Shown one piece after another: positions 10,101 to 23,690 of a stretch of DNA of 64,000 nt (positions within the stretch are counted from its first letter, which is position 1; each line of letters opens with the position of its first letter). Made by a program: the position numbers and the translations under genes. Below the pieces are notes generated by a model that was not told the DNA's origin, made no database searches, and saw only the letters and a list, made by a program, of their open reading frames with translations. The DNA is taken from contig NC_045696.1 in the NCBI RefSeq assembly GCF_009834535.1, positions 15,006,001 to 15,070,000 on the forward strand, given 5' to 3'. The stretch comes from Camelus ferus (Eukaryota).

Positions 10101-12262
10101 CCAAGTAACTATGTAAATTTCTGTCTACTTACTGGTGGGGGGAGGGAATTATAACTCTCTTACTGATGTTGCACAATAGTGGAAAACTAGAAACTAAACA
10201 AAATATAAAGATAATCTACTTGACACCATTATGTGAGAAGTGAATCTTCCAAGTTTCAAATTTTGTCAAATTTAATATTTGTTCAAATTTAATATTCAAG
10301 CCTGGAGAACTCATTGCCTCTGGTGGCACACGGAACAATGTTGGTGATTATTTTTTTAATTAATTATCTGAGATGGGGAGTGGTATCTATCTAAGAGAAA
10401 AAAGGGAGAGAGATGAGATCTGTATAAGTATAAATATATATTTTTGTAGATATATTTATTGAAGAAAATCATATGAAAAAGGAATTAGGTTTTTCTTCTT
10501 AGTTACAGAAGAACAATTTAGAATTAATAAATGGACATATCTGTAAGGTTGATTCTTTGATGTCAAAAAAATAGTAGGTCTCCTAAATTCTACACATATT
10601 ATCTGTGAAAGAAAAAGAAGGAAAAAAGGAAGGGAAAAGGAAGGAGGGAAAGAAGGGGGGACATTTGTGACCTCATAAAGTGCTGAGCTTTTGCAATGAC
10701 CCAATTCATTTAGATGTTGGGAGTCTACCGGACTGTTATGTAAGATAGAGAGTCTTCTGGGGTTAAAACCAAAAAATTTATAGCATCCCTTTGAAATTGA
10801 ATACACTATATATATTTTTTAATATTATTAAAAGCCTGGTGAATTTTTTCTAGTCCAACAAAGACATTTTTTTTCCTCCTAAATGTCTAGGTAATCCTAC
10901 CTAGATAATCTAAAGGAAATTTTGCTCACAATCAGTAATAACATTTAGAAAAATCTTACTTAGTTGGCTTTGAAGGCAGAAATTCTAGGCTTACGTGAAT
11001 TTCTAAGATATATAATATACAGTCAAGAGTATGTCCCGCCATTATTGAGTATTTCAGGATATGGGATATATATAAGCATCACCACCACCACCACCAAGAC
11101 CGACAGACTGGGTAGGTACTTAACCTTTGGCTCAGTTGTTTGTTTTCTTCTGTTTCTGATGACTGCATGGTCAGTTGAGAATTGCTGTATTAACATTTTT
11201 TAAAGATGATTGATGATCAAAGCACAAAAGTTGAAAGATGAAAGCTCTAAGAAGGGCTGTTATCCATGGTTGTATCAGGAAGACGCACTCTGATTAACCC
11301 GGAGTAAGCAGGGCAGCCACTCGAAGAAGAAATCTAGGCAAAGGACAAGATTCACATTCTAGACCAACGGCCGAATCAATTCTCTCATTTCAAATAAAAA
11401 TGTTTAAATGGTCGAGTCCCTAGTGTCCTAAAAAATTAACTATTCAAAAGCCCTGATATAAAATTCTAAATATTTCATGAAATTCTGCTAACCGTGGGGT
11501 AAAATTCAGCTAGACATTAGCCTCAAGCATACGTAACTTCATAGGAAGCATGCTGAGTGCCAGTAATGTCTTTGCAAGCTCATACACATTTTTATTTATA
11601 TGCATGTTTTAGAGTTCACATAGAAGGAAGGTAATTTACCAAAACCTGAGGTCACTCACAGGACACAATTTCCTCTTATTCAAAAGATTCTATATATAAG
11701 TAAAAATATGAGCTAAGTAAGAAGGGGTGGGAGATTTTTATTGTTTTGATTTTCAAATGTGTTAATGGTGAGGACTTAAACCTCAGGAAATAATTTTCTT
11801 GAAAAAGGAAAATCAATATTATATCTTCCTTTTTGGAAGTGAACTTTTTATTTTTCAAATTTCAGTACCAAAAATTGTGAGCTATTTTTCCTCATAGCAG
11901 TCCTGCTAATAACAGCAGAGGGGGTTTGCTAAGTCAAAATTTACATTTCTATCTGGGAAAGCCAAGATAATAATAAGTTATGCAATATTCCCCAGATGGA
12001 CAGCCTTTTAAATAAAAACATCAACAAAAGTCTGGATTTTATCTTATGATTCTGTCTTTTATATATATATATATATATTTTTTTTTTTAGTTGATTGGTT
12101 GATAAACCTACATAAAGTACTTTCAAATGTAATGAAAATTCTATAATCTGCATATAAAGGTATTGGAGGGAGAATGTAAAGAAGAATACTTTTTAAATGT
12201 TAATTATATTTTAGCTTTGGAAACAGAAATCTGTGTTTGCTTATTAATGATAAACAAATATA

Positions 12263-12322
12263 TATAGATAGATAGATAGGCAGATAGATAGACACATAGA
12301 TACATAGATAGATACATAGATA
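12263..12322. repeat. Imperfect (GATA)n microsatellite
   Basis: Directly visible. Confidence 0.9.
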
Positions 12323-12522
12323 TCAAATAAAGAGAAGCTGGAATTTCAGTTTCAGGTGGGAGAGGCATGTTAATGTATCCAACAGTTGGAAGTTGCCAAG
12401 GCATTTGTGAGATCATGACTGTCCTATACTGACCCTCCCTGATAATGTGAGTTACACATTACTCCCTGCCCTTCTGACACCCAATTGTTCTCCAATTGTT
12501 CTCCTACCAATAACTGTTTGGA

Positions 12523-12736
12523 CTAATGCTGTCCAATATAAGTATAAGAGATGAAAAAATGCTCAATATCTCTACTCTCCAATTTGCTAGGCCCTGGCCT
12601 CACGTAGCTATAAACACTAGAAATACGTTCAGTATGACTAAAGAACTGAAGTTTTCATTTTACTTCATTTTAGTTAATTAAAATTTTAATGTAAGTAGTC
12701 ATATGTGACTGTTGGCTACCATATTGTGAAGCCCAG
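12523..12736 (+). mobile_element. MER3-like hAT-Charlie MITE
   Basis: 'gctgtccaata...aagaactgaagttttcattttacttcattttagttaattaaaatttt...tggctaccatattg' is colinear with recalled MER3. Confidence 0.8.
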
Positions 12737-13874
12737 ATTGAGCCACCAGAATGCTTCTTGTGAATACAAACACACAGCAGAACTTGAGGAATTTTCCTCT
12801 TGCAGAACTTTTCCCCTGCAAAGCTCCTTGGCAATTATATAGCCTTAATTTCTAACAACTGAAGCAACCACCTGTATCCCCACCCAGCAAAAGAATCATG
12901 ACTTAGAGGCAAGACGTTCTGGCATCAAGTACTCGACAGAATTGAAGGGGTACTGAGACACACAGGAAGAATTTTTTTTTTTTTCTGGTAGTATTATTTC
13001 AGCTACTGAATGGGTTAATGGACCGTCATGGTTGGTCTGTGAGACCTGAAAACATTTCCATTAGGCGATCTACTATTTAACATGAACAAACAAAGACATT
13101 TTCTAAGTGTTTCCAGTTGCAAGTATAAATTTTTCAAACATGTTTTTGTAATAACTTATAATTTGAATGGTAATGTCAGCTCTGTTTAACATATGTATTG
13201 GGTGCTTTTAATATGCGAGACTATGTGCTAGTCAAATGCAAAGGTGAATAATGCAGAGGCTGTCCTCAGGGAATTTATAATTGAGGCTGCACAGCAGTCA
13301 GAGCCAAGACGTGAAGAGGTCAATGGCTAGGAAAGGTGATTCTAGTCTGCTTGTGAATTTGAAGGAACAATTGCAAAAGAATGTCTGGGAGACTAGTAGA
13401 AGAGCAAGTATAAAATCTTGATTGCTCAGGGCCAGGAGTAAATAACAGTGAGGTCTGGGGAGTAACATATATTATATTTTACACCTAACTTTATTATAGA
13501 GTACTGAAAATATTCTCTTCATATTGTCTCAAAAGCAAAATTATTTGTAAATGTTTCCAAAACTTGTGTGTATGAATCCAAGTGTAAAGGTGGTCTACCT
13601 TCTAAGTCACATATGGGACAGAGATTTCTTGGCATGAAGAGCTATAGGTTTAATGACCAAATTCTGGTATCAGCACTAACCAAGTTCATGCAAGTAGGTA
13701 TCCTCAGAACACCAAGTATAGAAGGCACTGTATGACTAACCATGACAAGAATAAGGTAAAAAAATGGAGGTACAGTCCTGGCTCATCAGAAGTAATCAGT
13801 AAGTCTTTTTGGGTGAGAAAGCTAGGTAGGGCTCAAAGTTAGAGTGTAGGAGTTCAGAAATAATATTAGCCCTA

Positions 13875-14100
13875 CGATATCTATTATTTATTGGATACTA
13901 CTATGGTATCTAGGACTGTGCTAAATAGAAAGATATTCATAGTTGCAGTCAATCTTCAACAAGTTTATAAGGCCTGTCTCTGTTACAATCATGTCCATTA
14001 GAGAGTTAATTGACCTGCCCTCATTAGCATGGGCAAGTGCGTGACTACATATGAATGAAGGTCTTTGAACCCCAAAGTTCATACCCTTAATGAAAATACT
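13875..14100 (-). mobile_element. MIR
   Basis: 'atttattggatactactatg...aggactgtgctaa...agagagttaattgacctgccc...tttgaaccc'. Confidence 0.55.
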
Positions 14101-14789
14101 TTATTGTTTCACGTACAAGGAGGATATCATGTTGAACTATATGAAATTATCAAGGTGATGTTGACATAAAATTAATGGCAATTTCATTGGGTATAAACTA
14201 GTCAAAGCAGTCAGTCAAAACACATAATTAAATCTTGATAGATTATCTGCACTCTAAGGTAATTTCGGATGAGCATCTCAGAGTTATCTAGTCTGTCTTC
14301 TAGAATGGAATTTTCTTGGATGATGAAAATCTCAGACTAGCTCAGGCAGGTTCTCACCTGGGGAAGAGAGAGATTCTTAATTCATCCAGGTACATTTGGA
14401 GTACTGGAAGGGTGTGGTCCCCTGTCTAAAACTGCTGTTCTGCTATTGTCCTACCATCACAGATTTATTCTGGTTGATTTGTTTGTTATTTACTTATTGT
14501 ATTGTAATGTGAATATATCTTAAGTCACTTTTCTACCTCATTTTCACTTTTTGATGTCCAGTTATGGAACACAAACATTTGCCATGAAAAAAAAAAATAA
14601 AAGATGAGTTATTAGCAAGTTAACAAGAGATTTCAGGAGAGTGCTAAGGTTTTGATAAGGCTACTGATGAAGCTAAACAACATTTAATCCTTTATTTCCC
14701 AAGGGCATAAAAGAACGAGAAAGGGATGGTATATTGGTCACCCCATGTAGACAAAGTTGTGGTGTGATGGGAAAGACCATACTGACAGA

Positions 14790-14980
14790 AGAGTCAGTAT
14801 AAGTAAGGACCTGGGTCCTCCTGCTCTATGACTTAGGCTCAGGAAAATTGAGTGATTTAACATGAGTCTCCTCAAAACTAAAAATAGGACTGATACTAAT
14901 AGTACCTCCATTTCAATGAAGCTATGAGGCTCAATGAAAATGTATACTAAAAACACATCTAAACTCAAAGTACAATGTGA
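14790..14980 (+). mobile_element. MIR
   Basis: 'gacctgggt...ctaaaaataggactgatactaatagtacctc...gctatgaggctcaatga'. Confidence 0.6.
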
Positions 14981-16307
14981 CTGTAGTCTAGACCAACTGG
15001 TGTCCATTATATACATAATAAGCACATGTTGAATTTCTTTTAGAATATTTATAACATTCTGTGTTTCATTAAAGATTCAAATGTATTACATTTTCTATAA
15101 ATTTAAACCAATCTGTTTAGAAAAGATATATCAAAATAATATAGACTTTTTTAAGATAATTTCCTAAATGGGTAGTCATTTTATTTAAAACAAACAAACT
15201 TAAAGGTAGATAGTTTTTGAATCTCCACAAGTTCTCATCTTCTTATCTGATTGTGATTGAAGTACAGTCTGTAATAATCTGTGCATACACCTCAAGAAAA
15301 TATTTTAGTTCACATCTTTGTTAGAAATGCTGGACACCTTCTTCTCATAATAAGTTTCTTTAGAAACTATTTATTGCATTATTCTTGTGTGTGGCTCAAA
15401 TAAAGATCCTTTGAGCTCTCTGCCAAATGAAATTTGTTTCATATCACCTGAATTGTCTGAGTAACATACTGATTAAGGATGAGTATTGTCTGAATTCAGA
15501 CTTTCAGTCCCAGCCCTAAATTAAATCAATCTCTTGTACCTAAGGGAAAGACATTTCAAAACATCTCTACTATTTCCTATAATTATCTAAACAATCTAAG
15601 GAAAACAAATTTAAATAGAAAATTCATTGTCTATTTCCGATGTCTCTTGTGAGAATGAGTCTTTCAGGGTGTAAGAAGTCTGAGTCACCAAGATCACTCA
15701 TGGGAATGCAAATTCATTACAAGAACTACTAAGCTTGCACCCATTTTATTGCATGAGTAACATAGCTCACATTAAACACTTTACTCCTTCTCGAAGCTTT
15801 CCCTGATAGTAAAGGTGATATGTGCCGAACATAATCTCTCTTGCGTCATAGCTATTTCTGTACTTAGCTACTTTCCCTAACAGATCTAAATACCTTTGAG
15901 AACAATTTAGAGTTTCCAACAGAATATATTTAATTAAGATTGCCTAGAATCAGTATTCGTGATAAAGAAACATGAACTAATATTCAAATGGCAAGGCTAA
16001 TTATTTAATTTATTAATAATTTAAGTAAATGGGGTTTTATTCAATTAAATATCTGCTTTTGCTAGTAACAACAAAAATAGAACTTATTCAGGAAGACTTG
16101 AAGACTAATTTTGGAAGAAGGTGAACAAATGTACTGACATATGATATTGGATTAAATTCTTTGCCAAATACTGCTCCCTAGTTAGTTCTATATTAATTAT
16201 AGTTTAGTTATACTAAGTTGAAGTAGAGAGTAACATTGAGCTATTCTCAAATCCTGCCTTCTAGTCAATCCCTTAGACTTTCTTTAACAAATTAATAACA
16301 CTCTTTT

Positions 16308-16575
16308 CAGGGTATGGTTCTGAAACCACCGTAGGTCTTTTCAGTAGTTCTATGACGACATGCTTCTTTTTTAAATAATGCTAAGACGTAAACTGTCTTT
16401 TTCACTCTCATCCTCTTGCAAGTTGTATAGTGGAGTTTTCCGGAGGTTACAGGACATGTGATGATGTCATCACTTGGGGTGACAACAGAACGGGATATTT
16501 GTGTATTTTTTGTGTTTTAAAATTATCAAGAGTGTAAAGGGGGCTTCAGAAACAAAGGTGTACAGACCTACTGCT
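16308..16575 (+). mobile_element. hAT-Charlie non-autonomous DNA transposon remnant
   Basis: 'ataatgctaagacg...ttttcactctcatcctc...tggagttttccggaggttaca...gtgtaaagggg' is Charlie-family-like. Confidence 0.6.
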
Positions 16576-17864
16576 CCAGAAAAATATTTATCCCAGTGGG
16601 AGGTGCTATGCTAGGAGGTTCACAGAACAACTATGCTACTTGACATTCATTTCTGAAGATGAAGGGTCCTGCTCCTCTAAAATTACAGAAGGTACTTCTG
16701 GGAATGATGCTTCTTTTTTCTCCTTTTGACAGCTATAACTGAGGGCTGTCAGATGATTTTAATCAAAACAGTAGACCTGCCTGATAAAAATTTGTCTGCC
16801 AAAACAGAAATGCATGTGCTAAGGGAAAATTATTTTTCTTATATTTAGTGCAGGTTATAACATTTTTAATTCCAACAGTGCGTCTCTCGTTCCCAGAGGA
16901 AGGAAAAACCTCTATCTCGCCAACCCCAAACCGACAGTTGCATCGCTAACCCCAACCCTAATATTCTTTTAACCATAGACACATCATACAGAAATTGAAG
17001 TAAAATATTAAAGTGTTTTAGAAACAAATCTGAAACAGCAGTTTCTTTTCCACCATTTGAAATATGTTCCTTCAAAAGAAGGGAACATCATGTCTAAAAC
17101 ACTGGCTTTCTCATAGTGAAAGATTGGAGAGATCCCTTTTTTTCCATGGTGACACTTTCCAGATCTGTATTACCTCATCAAAGAACCTTGCATTAGCCAA
17201 ACTTGAGTGTTCCAAGCAGCATATCATGAATTTGTGACAGAAAAAAAATCACATTTTAAGAATATCTGAGCACTCTTGGGTACACTATGTCAGGTATCCA
17301 GAGTTATATTTATTGACTAATAAACAGGCATCATTTTTTTTTCTCCAAATGGGTTGTGAAAGTTTTATCAAAGAAAATAAAACCAAGCTCACTTTTATTA
17401 CTAAAGGTCAGAACCTAAGTTCTTTTTATTTTATGGCTACCAGTCTGCTTTAATGAAAGATTTCATAGGTTCTCAGTATCAGAAGTTCCCTGAAGATACA
17501 CAATTCATGAGCAGTTGCTAAAGGATATTGTTTTTTTGAACTATATGATGGATTCGACTAAGTGGCTGGTAATCAGCACAATTACTGCCCTGGTCACTGT
17601 GAGTGCTGGGAATGGTTTTCAGTACACCTTGAATTCTTTAGAGAAGTGCCTTAAGGTGATGATTGTTTCCTAGGAGGTTACAACTGCCCTTACTAGAGGC
17701 CAACATTGATACGGTGCTACAAAAACCTTGCCCCCTTGGAATTTCCTCTGTAATTTACACCCTACTAAATTCCCAGAGAAGATAAAGTATGACTTACAAA
17801 AAGGGCTGGCTCACTAATTAGGCAAACTCACTGAGTACCTCTGAGTAAAGTTACATTAACAGTG

Positions 17865-18060
17865 ATATTAATCCATTAATCAGCAGATGATTCCTTGAGC
17901 CCTCATTCAGTGTAAGGTGTTGGGGACAATGGTACAACCAACAGAAAAGATCTCTGCTCTCATGGAACTTAAATTCTAGTGGGTGAAATAGACAAAAATA
18001 TAGAGACACACATCTGATGTGGTGTGGTGTGATGTGAAGGAATCTTAACAAGGGGCTATG
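17865..18060 (-). mobile_element. LINE-2 3' fragment
   Basis: 'ggtgttggggacaatgg...tctctgctctcatggaacttaaattctagtggg'. Confidence 0.7.
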
Positions 18061-20071
18061 TTAATAGGAAGACAATTGCTTTAGAGGGGCCAGGCAGCAG
18101 GGGCCTTGCTGTAAGATATTCTCCAAAAAAGAGGACGAGTATTAAACTGTCAGGGCATAAGGCACCATTCAGAACAAAAGAAAAACTCAGTTAGTGTCTG
18201 CTTGTAAGAAGAATGAAGCTTTGCCTCAGCTTGACTTTCGGGCTTGAGATCATCTGGTTCACAAGGGATGGATACTTCTGGTCTGAGCTCTGAATGGGCA
18301 CATGCAGTGACTGTATTAGTGATGAATGCTCTGATTAAAGAAAGAAATGAAAAAAGGAAGAAATTTTTAAAAGGTGCACATTACAGCACAGATTGCAGAC
18401 TGAATCTCCTGGGACAAGAACAAACTAAAATCCACAGAAAACATTCAGCCCAGTCAAACATGTGGATGGCTCCATTTGTCGCACTCTGTGGCATTATGAT
18501 AAGAAACTATAGTCCTATATGGTAAATTTCTTTAGCCTTCATGTATGTATGTGTCTATGGATGTGTACATATATGTGTACGTATATAGTACATGTACACA
18601 TATATTTGATCCATCTACCTAGGGTTTTTTTGTTTTTTGTTTGCTTTAAAAAAATAGAATGAGGGATTTATCTGTCTCATATATTCTTAACAATGGTCAT
18701 AAATTCCCAAGTTAAGAAACACTTTGCCCCTGTGGAATATATGAAGGCATACAGGAAAGAAACAAGTCTTATCAAATTACTATACTTCATGAGATATATA
18801 ATATAGAGAAGAGAACTGTGATGGGGAATTTTAATAACTTCAATAACATTTAATAACTTCCAAATGGAGATAGTATATTCAAATCCAGTCTTTACTGAAT
18901 TCTAATTCTGTCTAAGTGGTATCTCTAAGGTACTTCCACATAGTAAGTTTGTTTGTATCCTTCATAATTATCTAAGATGATAGTTAACAAATCTGTTTAA
19001 TTTTGTTCAAAAAATGCATAAACTATTATATTCTATTCTTATACACTGATGTGTAATACCTTGAAAATATAAATGCATCTTTTATTTGCATTATATTCAA
19101 TAATGTGGGTGAATTGATGATTTCTGTTTAGTGATGGGTTAGTTTAACCCCTTCTCATTCTAAAGAAGAAATCAAGGCAGTCGTCATGTACAGTTCCCGT
19201 TGCATGGCATTGTTTCCAGCTAGGGTTTATAAGAGTCACAGATGAATCAGTGTTAACTGTGTTCATTTCACTAATTTAGAATATTACTCACTAGTTATCC
19301 TGCTATTCTTCTCCGCCTTCAATCTTAAAGAATTCCTGAAGGCAAAAATAACATCTCACGCATTCCAGCAAGTGTATAAGAAACAATAGTTAATTTAGTC
19401 ATCTATTCCATTTCAGCTGTTGAGGTACCAAAACAAACCAATAAAAAGCTTAAAGCACCATAAAATGTTCTATTATATTAGCAACGTTACATTCATATAG
19501 GTCATTATGGGGTAAAAGAAAGGAAAATCAAATTAAGTTAAACTCAATTATCTCACAAACCAAGTGGTAGGGAACTAAGAAAGACTTCCTACACGTAACA
19601 ATTTATTTTTTTTCTATTTCCTTCTGTTAATATTTTATTCTTATCTCTTCTTGGTGTTATTGATATTTTTTCATTGTTTTTTAACTATAACTTTTTAAAG
19701 AATTATTCTGAAAATCTTCTAACTGACATAATTTTCAGACCTCAAGTTTACTACAAGCTGTAAAAATCTACAAATATCCTCAAGTATTCACAACCTAGCT
19801 GGATTCGTATAGTTGTTATATTTCTTATTTTTAGAGACACCAAAATACTATGAACAATCATTTGGCCCATTTGACCCCATATTTTAATTTATTTAGTAAT
19901 CTACCACACATCAACTAGGGATTCTGTTCTTTGAGCAGGAGACAATAACTGATGAGACCTTGGGATGTAGGTTTTGGGGAAGAGTTGAATAAGTTTTATA
20001 TATAAGGATAGAGAGCAAAGGAATTTTGGAGGCTGTAAGAATGGACTGTAAAATTAAAAAAAAATAAAACT

Positions 20072-21030
20072 TATCAGACATTTCACAAGAGAAGATACAC
20101 AGACAGCAACTAAACATCTAAAAAGAAGCTCCACAGCATATGCCATCAGGGAAGTGCACACTAAAACAACAAAGAGATACCAATTTACACCTATTAGAAT
20201 GGCCAAAATACAGAACACTGATAAAGAAAGAATGTGGAACAAAAGAAACTCTTATCTATTGCTGGTAGGAATACAAAATGGAGCAGCCACTTTGCAAGAC
20301 AGCTTGAGAGCTGTATGAAACTAAAACTACTCTTACTATATGACCCAGCAATTGCACTCCTTGGTATTTACCCAAAGGAGATGAACACTTATGTCCACAC
20401 AAAAACCTGCACACAGATGTTTATGGAAGCTTTATTTATGATTGTTAAAACTTGGAAGCAACTAAGATGTCCTTCAATAGATGAATGGATAAATGAACTG
20501 AAGAACATCCAGATTATGTCACATTATTTAGCACTAAAAGTAGGACTGAGCTAGCAAGCCATGAAAAGACATGGAGGAAGTTTCAATGCATATTACTGCC
20601 AATTTGAGAAGGCTATATACTCTCAGATTTCATCTAAATGACATTCTAGAAAAGTCAAGACTATGGAGACAGTAAAAATGTCAGAGGCTGCCAGAGATTG
20701 AATGGGGAGATGCATGCATTGGCAGAGCTCAAAGAAGTTTGAAGGCCATGAGAATTCGGCTCTGATATTATATTTATGGACATATATTGTTATACATTTG
20801 CAAAACCCATAAAATATACAATGCCAAGAATGAACCCTAATGTAAACTACTGACTTTGGATGATTATAATATGTTCATGTAAACCGTCAGCTTTAATAAA
20901 TGGATCACTCTGGTGTGAGAGGTTGAGGGTGTGGGGGCCTTGCATGTGTGGGGAAAGAGAGTATATGAGAAATCTCCACACCTTCTTCTCAATTTTGCTG
21001 TGAATCTAAAATTACTCTGAAAAAAAAAAA
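20072..21030 (+). mobile_element. L1MC-type LINE-1 3' end (ORF2 C-terminus, 3'UTR, polyA)
   Basis: ORF 20234-20554 encodes an L1 ORF2 C-terminal motif (YDPAIALLGIYPKE...TCTQMF..ALF.I.KTWKQ..CPS.DEWIN); 3'UTR ends 'ctcaattttgctgtgaatctaaaattactctgaaaaaaaaaaa'. Confidence 0.9.
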
Positions 21031-21049
21031 GTGGCCTATAGCAAAGAAA

Positions 21050-21451
21050 GTGATACTCAACAAGCACTCCAACTGCCTATTAGTCACCTTGAATTGAGTC
21101 ATGTGATTATCTCCAGCCAATGAAATGTAACAAAGAGTGAAAAGTGGCATATTGGAGGTGAGGTAGTAAAAAGTAAATGCAGTTCTCCACCTTCTTATCT
21201 TATTGAGGTTATAGCAAGACCGTGCTTTGAAAATGGTATAGCTATGAGATGATGAGCTAAAGATGGTAAATTATAGTGATGCCATGTGTTTGAGATGGGG
21301 GAGCCTCCATTAAGCAGGGCCCTTTGTGGACAAAGTGATCTGCTAACACACATGGTATATGTAGTATGAGTGAAACAGCTTCTGCTTGATTAAAATCAAC
21401 ATTATATGGATTAAGCCACTATTGTTAAAGGCGCTCAGACTGACAAATACA
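21050..21451 (+). mobile_element. MaLR LTR (MLT1I/J-like)
   Basis: 'gtcatgtgattatctccagccaatgaaatgtaa...ttaagccact...gactgacaaataca'. Confidence 0.65.
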
Positions 21452-21497
21452 GGTATTGTCTCAGTTCTTTGTGATTAATTCAATTTCATGGGAGTTT

Positions 21498-21520
21498 ATA
21501 CATATATATGTATATACATA

Positions 21521-21562
<42 letters not shown>
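21498..21562. repeat. (TA)n(CA)n compound microsatellite
   Basis: Directly visible. Confidence 0.95.
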
Positions 21563-21564
<2 letters not shown>

Positions 21565-22350
21565 ATATAGGTATACATACTTAAAATAATTGTAAATCAT
21601 ATAAATAATATAATTATATTAAACTACAGCACTAGAATTTAATAAAATACATTCATTTGCATTAATTTTCAGTTATAAATAGCTTGATCATGTTAAATCA
21701 ATTAGCTAAATTGAAACTACTCCCTCTTCTAACATCAGTGACATTAAATGCCCATAGAATTTATAAATATATATTTTATTACATCAATACCATTTGCTTG
21801 AGACCTATTATTTAATTATGCGTCTTGGAAGAGAAATAGTTAGGCTTACATAGTAGCTGATTGTATTTCAACAGAGAACATTTAACCCGTGGGACGTTTC
21901 AATAAGAAAATGCTCAATTTTTGTTTGAAGTGCCATTACTCACCAAAGTGGCTTTGGTTCCAAAGGGATATTTAATGAATTCCTTATTGCATCTGTGCCA
22001 AAGAAATGGCTAACATGAAACTATCAAACCTGTCACCTGTCATCCTATCATTTTAATTTCATTTCTTAGACACTTGTTTAGTTAACGTTTTTTAGTTACT
22101 CAAAGTTCTTTTAGTCAACAATGTGTCTGCTACCTGTTCACCTAGTATCTCAGCAAGAATTTAAGGAAACTTGTTACATTATAGGTCAAAATGAGTGGAA
22201 TAGAAAGGAATATAAGTCGATGACGTTGATAGAGCATGTGAAAGGCCTCCAAATATAAACTGTGGCCAATCACGGACTTGCCTAAGATTAACATTCTTTA
22301 AAACAGTGGCCTAAGCAAGAGGGAGTTCAGAGACAGGAAGAGATGGAGCC

Positions 22351-22804
22351 TGACTCAGCCAGGATTCAACCAGAGAAACAGAATCAGCAGAGAAACAAAA
22401 TCTGTGTCTGTATGTGAGATAGAGAGAAGGAGGGAGGGAGGGACAAAGGGAGAAAGAAAGGGTGTTTTTGCAATGAATCACTTGTGTGATTGTGAAGGCT
22501 TGCTAGGCAAATCTGAAAGTCAGGAATCTGAAGGGCAGACTATCAGGAAAGGCAGGCTAGAACTCTGGGGCACCGTCTACAGGTACTGTTCACAGGCAAT
22601 TCTTTCTTCCTTAGGGAAGCCTCATCTCTGCTCTTAAGACTTTTCAAGTGACCTAAACAGACCTACCCAGATTATCTAGGATAATCTCTCTTACGTAAAA
22701 ATCACCCCTCGATGGACTTGAATCATATCTATGAAATACCTTCACAAAAACACGTAGATGAGTTTTTGAGTAGCTGGGAACTGCAGCCTAGCCCCACTAT
22801 CACA
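22351..22804 (-). mobile_element. ERVL LTR (MLT2D-like)
   Basis: 'cagagaaacagaatcagcag...ctacccagattatctaggataatctctcttac...aataccttcaca...gcctagcc...atcaca'. Confidence 0.8.
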
Positions 22805-23329
22805 TGAAACAGATCAATTTGTCCTTTGGAGGAGAACAGGTCCTATACAAAAGGAGATCCACTGATCAAGAAGGTAGAACCTGGCCACTCTGTGCTTCCA
22901 TTCCTGTGAATAAGTGGACCAATGGAAGAGGTGTGACATCATGGGGTGTTGGGGGTGGGGAGGTAATGCAGCATGAATACCAAAAGGATCTAGGGTTACT
23001 GTTACGAATGAGGGCAGGAAGGACTATTTTTTGAACCTGAGGTATTCACTAGAGTGTTTCATGGTGCTTTCATTTCCAGTGCTAATTGTAATGTAAAATT
23101 GCTGCAAACACACTTCAACAAGTACAAAGCAACTAAGGTCTAAGCAGACCTCCTTTTGCCAACTCAAAAGTCAAGTTCAGTGTTAAGGCTTTAGAGCGGA
23201 CTGTGGCTGGCCTCTTCCTTCAGGGCTGTGGGATGGATTTGACGTAGTGGAACTCACTGGCTGGACTTGAGAAGAAAAGCGATAGATGGAATAGGACATC
23301 TCTTGTGTTTACTATAAAGGCTGTTTAAT

Positions 23330-23690
23330 TCACCTTTACTCCAGCTACAGGAATCAGCTTCACAGAAGTGCACCCGAAAGCTTCTTGCTTCAGCCCTTCC
23401 AAGAGTCTCTTAGTTTCTTTGCCAGTCTTCTCTGATGGGGTGAGGAGAATCTGTTTGGCCCAGGTGCTTAAGCAAACCTAGAAAGCTGAGGAGGTTAAAA
23501 CTCTTTGGGTCTTTCCTTGACCAATGGGGGATGGAAGCCAGTGGGTAACACTTCTCTTCCTTCCCACGGTCAAACGATTTTAAGGTGCCAATGGATTGAG
23601 GCCCTGTTGCCTAGTTATGATCACCTTTTACCTCATTTCCTGTTTCACTTTCCTCATCTCCTTCTCCTATTCTTTGAGGTCTTGACATAA
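23330..23690 (+). mobile_element. ERVL LTR (LTR16-like)
   Basis: 'ccttgaccaatgggggatggaagccagtgggtaa' and 'gattgaggccctgttgcc' resemble LTR16 motifs. Confidence 0.65.

Noticed and set aside
10316..10328. CTCF-like CCACCAGAGGCA (minus), and CCAGCAGGGGCA at ~33825
   Set aside because: Each is one base short of the CCASYAGRKGGC core spacing
11206..11400. Acceptor-ATG, a gtaagc donor and AATAAA
   Set aside because: Weak splice sites and an 11-codon ORF; not distinguishable from background
10266..12504. Short tandem duplications (tcaaatttaatatt x2 at 10266; ccaattgttct x2 at 12481)
   Set aside because: Ordinary slippage duplications; no repeat-spacer array structure
20234..20554. 106-aa ORF with a recognisable motif
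   Set aside because: L1 ORF2 C-terminal remnant inside a decayed L1MC; not a host gene
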